Source: Spirochaetota bacterium
GTDB taxonomy: Bacteria; Spirochaetota; UBA4802; UBA5550
Assembly (NCBI GenBank): GCA_963664815.2
Contig: CAXXHB010000003.1
Coordinates: 2,464,001-2,528,000, forward strand
Length of the DNA: 64,000 nucleotides
Direction of reading: 5' to 3'
The notes under the pieces are model-generated. The model was not told where the DNA came from, ran no database searches, and was given only the letters and a program-made list of their open reading frames with translations. Positions 61,851 through 64,000 of the stretch are shown one piece after another. A program made the translations under genes and the position numbers. Numbering within the stretch: position 1 is the stretch's first letter; each line of letters starts with the position of its first letter.

Positions 61851-63227
61851 TTATTTCACCGCCGCCGGGATGACTATCCCTATGTTATTTGATGCTGCGT
61901 TTTCCCTTACCTTTATCCAGATATAATAATCCCCGGGCTTAAGCCCTTCGGTTGATATATTCAGCATCACACTGCTGCCGTCTGAACCGGCATCCCCGGA
62001 CTGCCTGGATGCGACTACCCCCCTGTCGTCGATAAATTGCGCAATCCATTTTAAATCTTTTTTAAGATTCGAGGTATCGTTCAAAAACACCGCATAAACT
62101 GTATTATTTTTCAGCTGACCGGGGATGGTTTTATCCGGAGAGTTTTTCTGCGTGAATGTTATGGACTTAACAGCCGCATTTACTGCGGATGTATTAATGC
62201 CGTTTCCGAGAACTGAAGCTGTTTTAAGTATATTCCCGGCCTTTGAGGTTTTCGATGTAAGATAGACAGGCATGTCTATGGTAATCTTCCCATCCCCCTT
62301 CTTATCATAAAACCACATCCTGACTGAATATCCGGTACCCTGTACAAGCGGTTGAGACATCGAAAGAGATATCGACATCGAGCTGAAGTTCATGGCAGGT
62401 AAGCCCATAGCCTCTTTATAGAGGTCGTCCACTCTCCCGAGTTCATTTCCGCTGCTGTCATGCAGCGAGAAACCGGCTCCGAGGAACACATCCCCCTTAC
62501 CGTCCTTTACAAAGTTTATCGGTTCTGTAAGTTTTACTGCGAATTCCTCCCCTATACCTATCTCATTCCCTGTTACGTATTCATTCTCTTTTTTTGTCAT
62601 GATGTTGAAGTCTTCAAAGGATATCCCCTTTAATACAAACACGGCGCCGGTAAAGGGGTCTATGCGGATGCTGCCCATACCGCGTCCGGATGGTTTTTCC
62701 CCGGTAAGAACCCACAGGCATTCTGCAGATCTTGCGTTCTTCCTGGCACCTGTATTCCCAAGTTCGTCTGCTCTTTTGTAATCAGAGCACGCGCTATCGC
62801 TACGGTTAAGCTTCCTGTAACAATCACCGCGGTACAGCCAGAAAATGGAATCTTTCGGGTTAAGCTCGATGCATTTTGTATAATCCTTTTCAGAGAGGGC
62901 GTACTGCTCTGTATTGTAATAGCAATCACCTCTTTTTTTATAAAAACGGTAATTCCCCGGTTCCAGTTCTATCGCTGTTGTGTAATCACTTATCGCATCG
63001 GGGTAATTCTTCATCGCGAAGAATGAATCCCCCCTGTACCAGTAGCCCTTCACTCTGTTCGGATCCATGCTGATTGCCTTGCTGAAATGTTTTACTGCTT
63101 CATTGTAGTTTTGGGAAACGTAAAACGTATCCGCCATTTCAATGATCGTATCGTACTCATCAGCCCGGCAGATATCTGCCGCCAGAGTAAATGAAATTAA
63201 AAAAACCAGTGTCATCGGTATTTTCAT
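61851..63227 (-). CDS. Secreted TPR protein with unknown C-terminal beta domains
   Basis: GAGGAG RBS, signal peptide, four TPRs. Confidence 0.8.
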   Translation of the reverse strand: MKIPMTLVFLISFTLAADICRADEYDTIIEMADTFYVSQNYNEAVKHFSKAISMDPNRVKGYWYRGDSFFAMKNYPDAISDYTTAIELEPGNYRFYKKRGDCYYNTEQYALSEKDYTKCIELNPKDSIFWLYRGDCYRKLNRSDSACSDYKRADELGNTGARKNARSAECLWVLTGEKPSGRGMGSIRIDPFTGAVFVLKGISFEDFNIMTKKENEYVTGNEIGIGEEFAVKLTEPINFVKDGKGDVFLGAGFSLHDSSGNELGRVDDLYKEAMGLPAMNFSSMSISLSMSQPLVQGTGYSVRMWFYDKKGDGKITIDMPVYLTSKTSKAGNILKTASVLGNGINTSAVNAAVKSITFTQKNSPDKTIPGQLKNNTVYAVFLNDTSNLKKDLKWIAQFIDDRGVVASRQSGDAGSDGSSVMLNISTEGLKPGDYYIWIKVRENAASNNIGIVIPAAVK

Positions 63228-63273
63228 AATCTCTCCTCTTAATTATTAAGCTCCTTCTGACGGAGCGGATTTT

Positions 63274-63365
63274 TTATAAAGACCCATTTATCATACTTTT
63301 AACTGCAGCCATCCCCTGGTGGAAACCCATGGTTTCCCGGAACTGCGGTTCCACAAGCCATACAA
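63274..63365 (-). pseudogene. WG-repeat protein fragment
   Basis: WLVEPQFRETMGFHQGMAAVK, then a frameshift to KYDKWVFI. Confidence 0.5.
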
Positions 63366-63367
63366 TA

Positions 63368-63487
63368 TTAACAGCAGGTTTTGTTTTCGCGGGCAAATGA
63401 ACCATAGAGGATAATTTTTTTAACGGACATTGTCTGTTTAACAATGTCGGCATACTGTTTTACTTTTTCAATAACTGCCTGATCCAT
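63368..63487 (-). pseudogene. Truncated MNT nucleotidyltransferase
   Basis: MDQAVIEKVKQYADIVKQTMSVKKIILYGSFAREN; stops before the DxD motif. Confidence 0.65.
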
Positions 63488-63621
63488 ATGAATAAATCCT
63501 CAGTCTGTTTTAATAAATCGATGCAGATTTGATCTGTCAGTATTTTAAGCAATTCATCCCTGTCCTGCGGATAACGGGCCTGAATATTCAAAGGCATTAA
63601 GCGGTTATTATCTATATCCAT
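63460..63621 (-). pseudogene. C-terminal HEPN-domain remnant
   Basis: LMPLNIQARYP...LLKQTEDLFIWIRQLL; overlaps the MNT start. Confidence 0.65.
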
Positions 63622-64000
63622 TATATTAATATTTATCTTAATATTATATCTCTGTCAAGCAGATTCGTTTATTATTTGTATATCAAAAAAGCCGTAAATT
63701 ATTTTATGTTTATGTGAAGCATGCACTCCGGAAAATAAATCTTTACCGGTTATAGAATTATAAAAAAAGCGGATTTTCAAAATAAAAAAGTTTGTCTTTT
63801 TGCACTATTTTATCATGTAGATATTTATATCTGCCTCTATGTATAACTCAAACATCTTCTTATTGATACAGGAAATTCCATGTATTAATAAACCCGCTGT
63901 CCCCTTCACCACCTCTGATCCAGAGGACTTAATATATCTATCGGAAACCAAACGTTGTTCCAGGCTGACAAACCTCTCTTTTATCAGTGTCAGTTAATTA

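Noticed and set aside
63780-64000. Coding-like sequence at the window end
   Set aside because: The frames are short or interrupted, with no recognisable motif.

Overview
AT-rich bacterial chromosome segment, probably a spirochaete (inferred from a LipL45-like FecR lipoprotein and many TPR proteins). Bases 1-52.5 kb are mostly core and metabolic genes: a pepA-like 5' fragment, fatty-acid oxidation genes (FadN-like, thiolase, two FadE4-like acyl-CoA dehydrogenases, CoA-transferase), mnmA, xer-topA-dprA, hisS, relA/spoT, degP, apt, nfeD-SPFH and rpsT-hup-tRNA-Val. Downstream of tRNA-Val lies an accessory region with a TetR gene, a Tat-less DmsABC-like molybdoenzyme, an AraC/aldo-keto reductase pair and several pseudogene fragments. 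The most notable signals are: (1) a three-gene operon of an AAA+ ATPase, an HEXXH-metallopeptidase/VWA protein and a protein built from six 28-aa repeats; (2) a ~115-120 bp intergenic element in three copies, with inverted ends and a central GC hairpin; (3) a 16-bp operator duplicated in front of tetR and dmsA; (4) unusual domain architectures (kinase-less PBP-PAS-PAS-REC, RsmG-TrmH, EIIA-zinc ribbon). All calls come from reading the sequence; no database searches were run.
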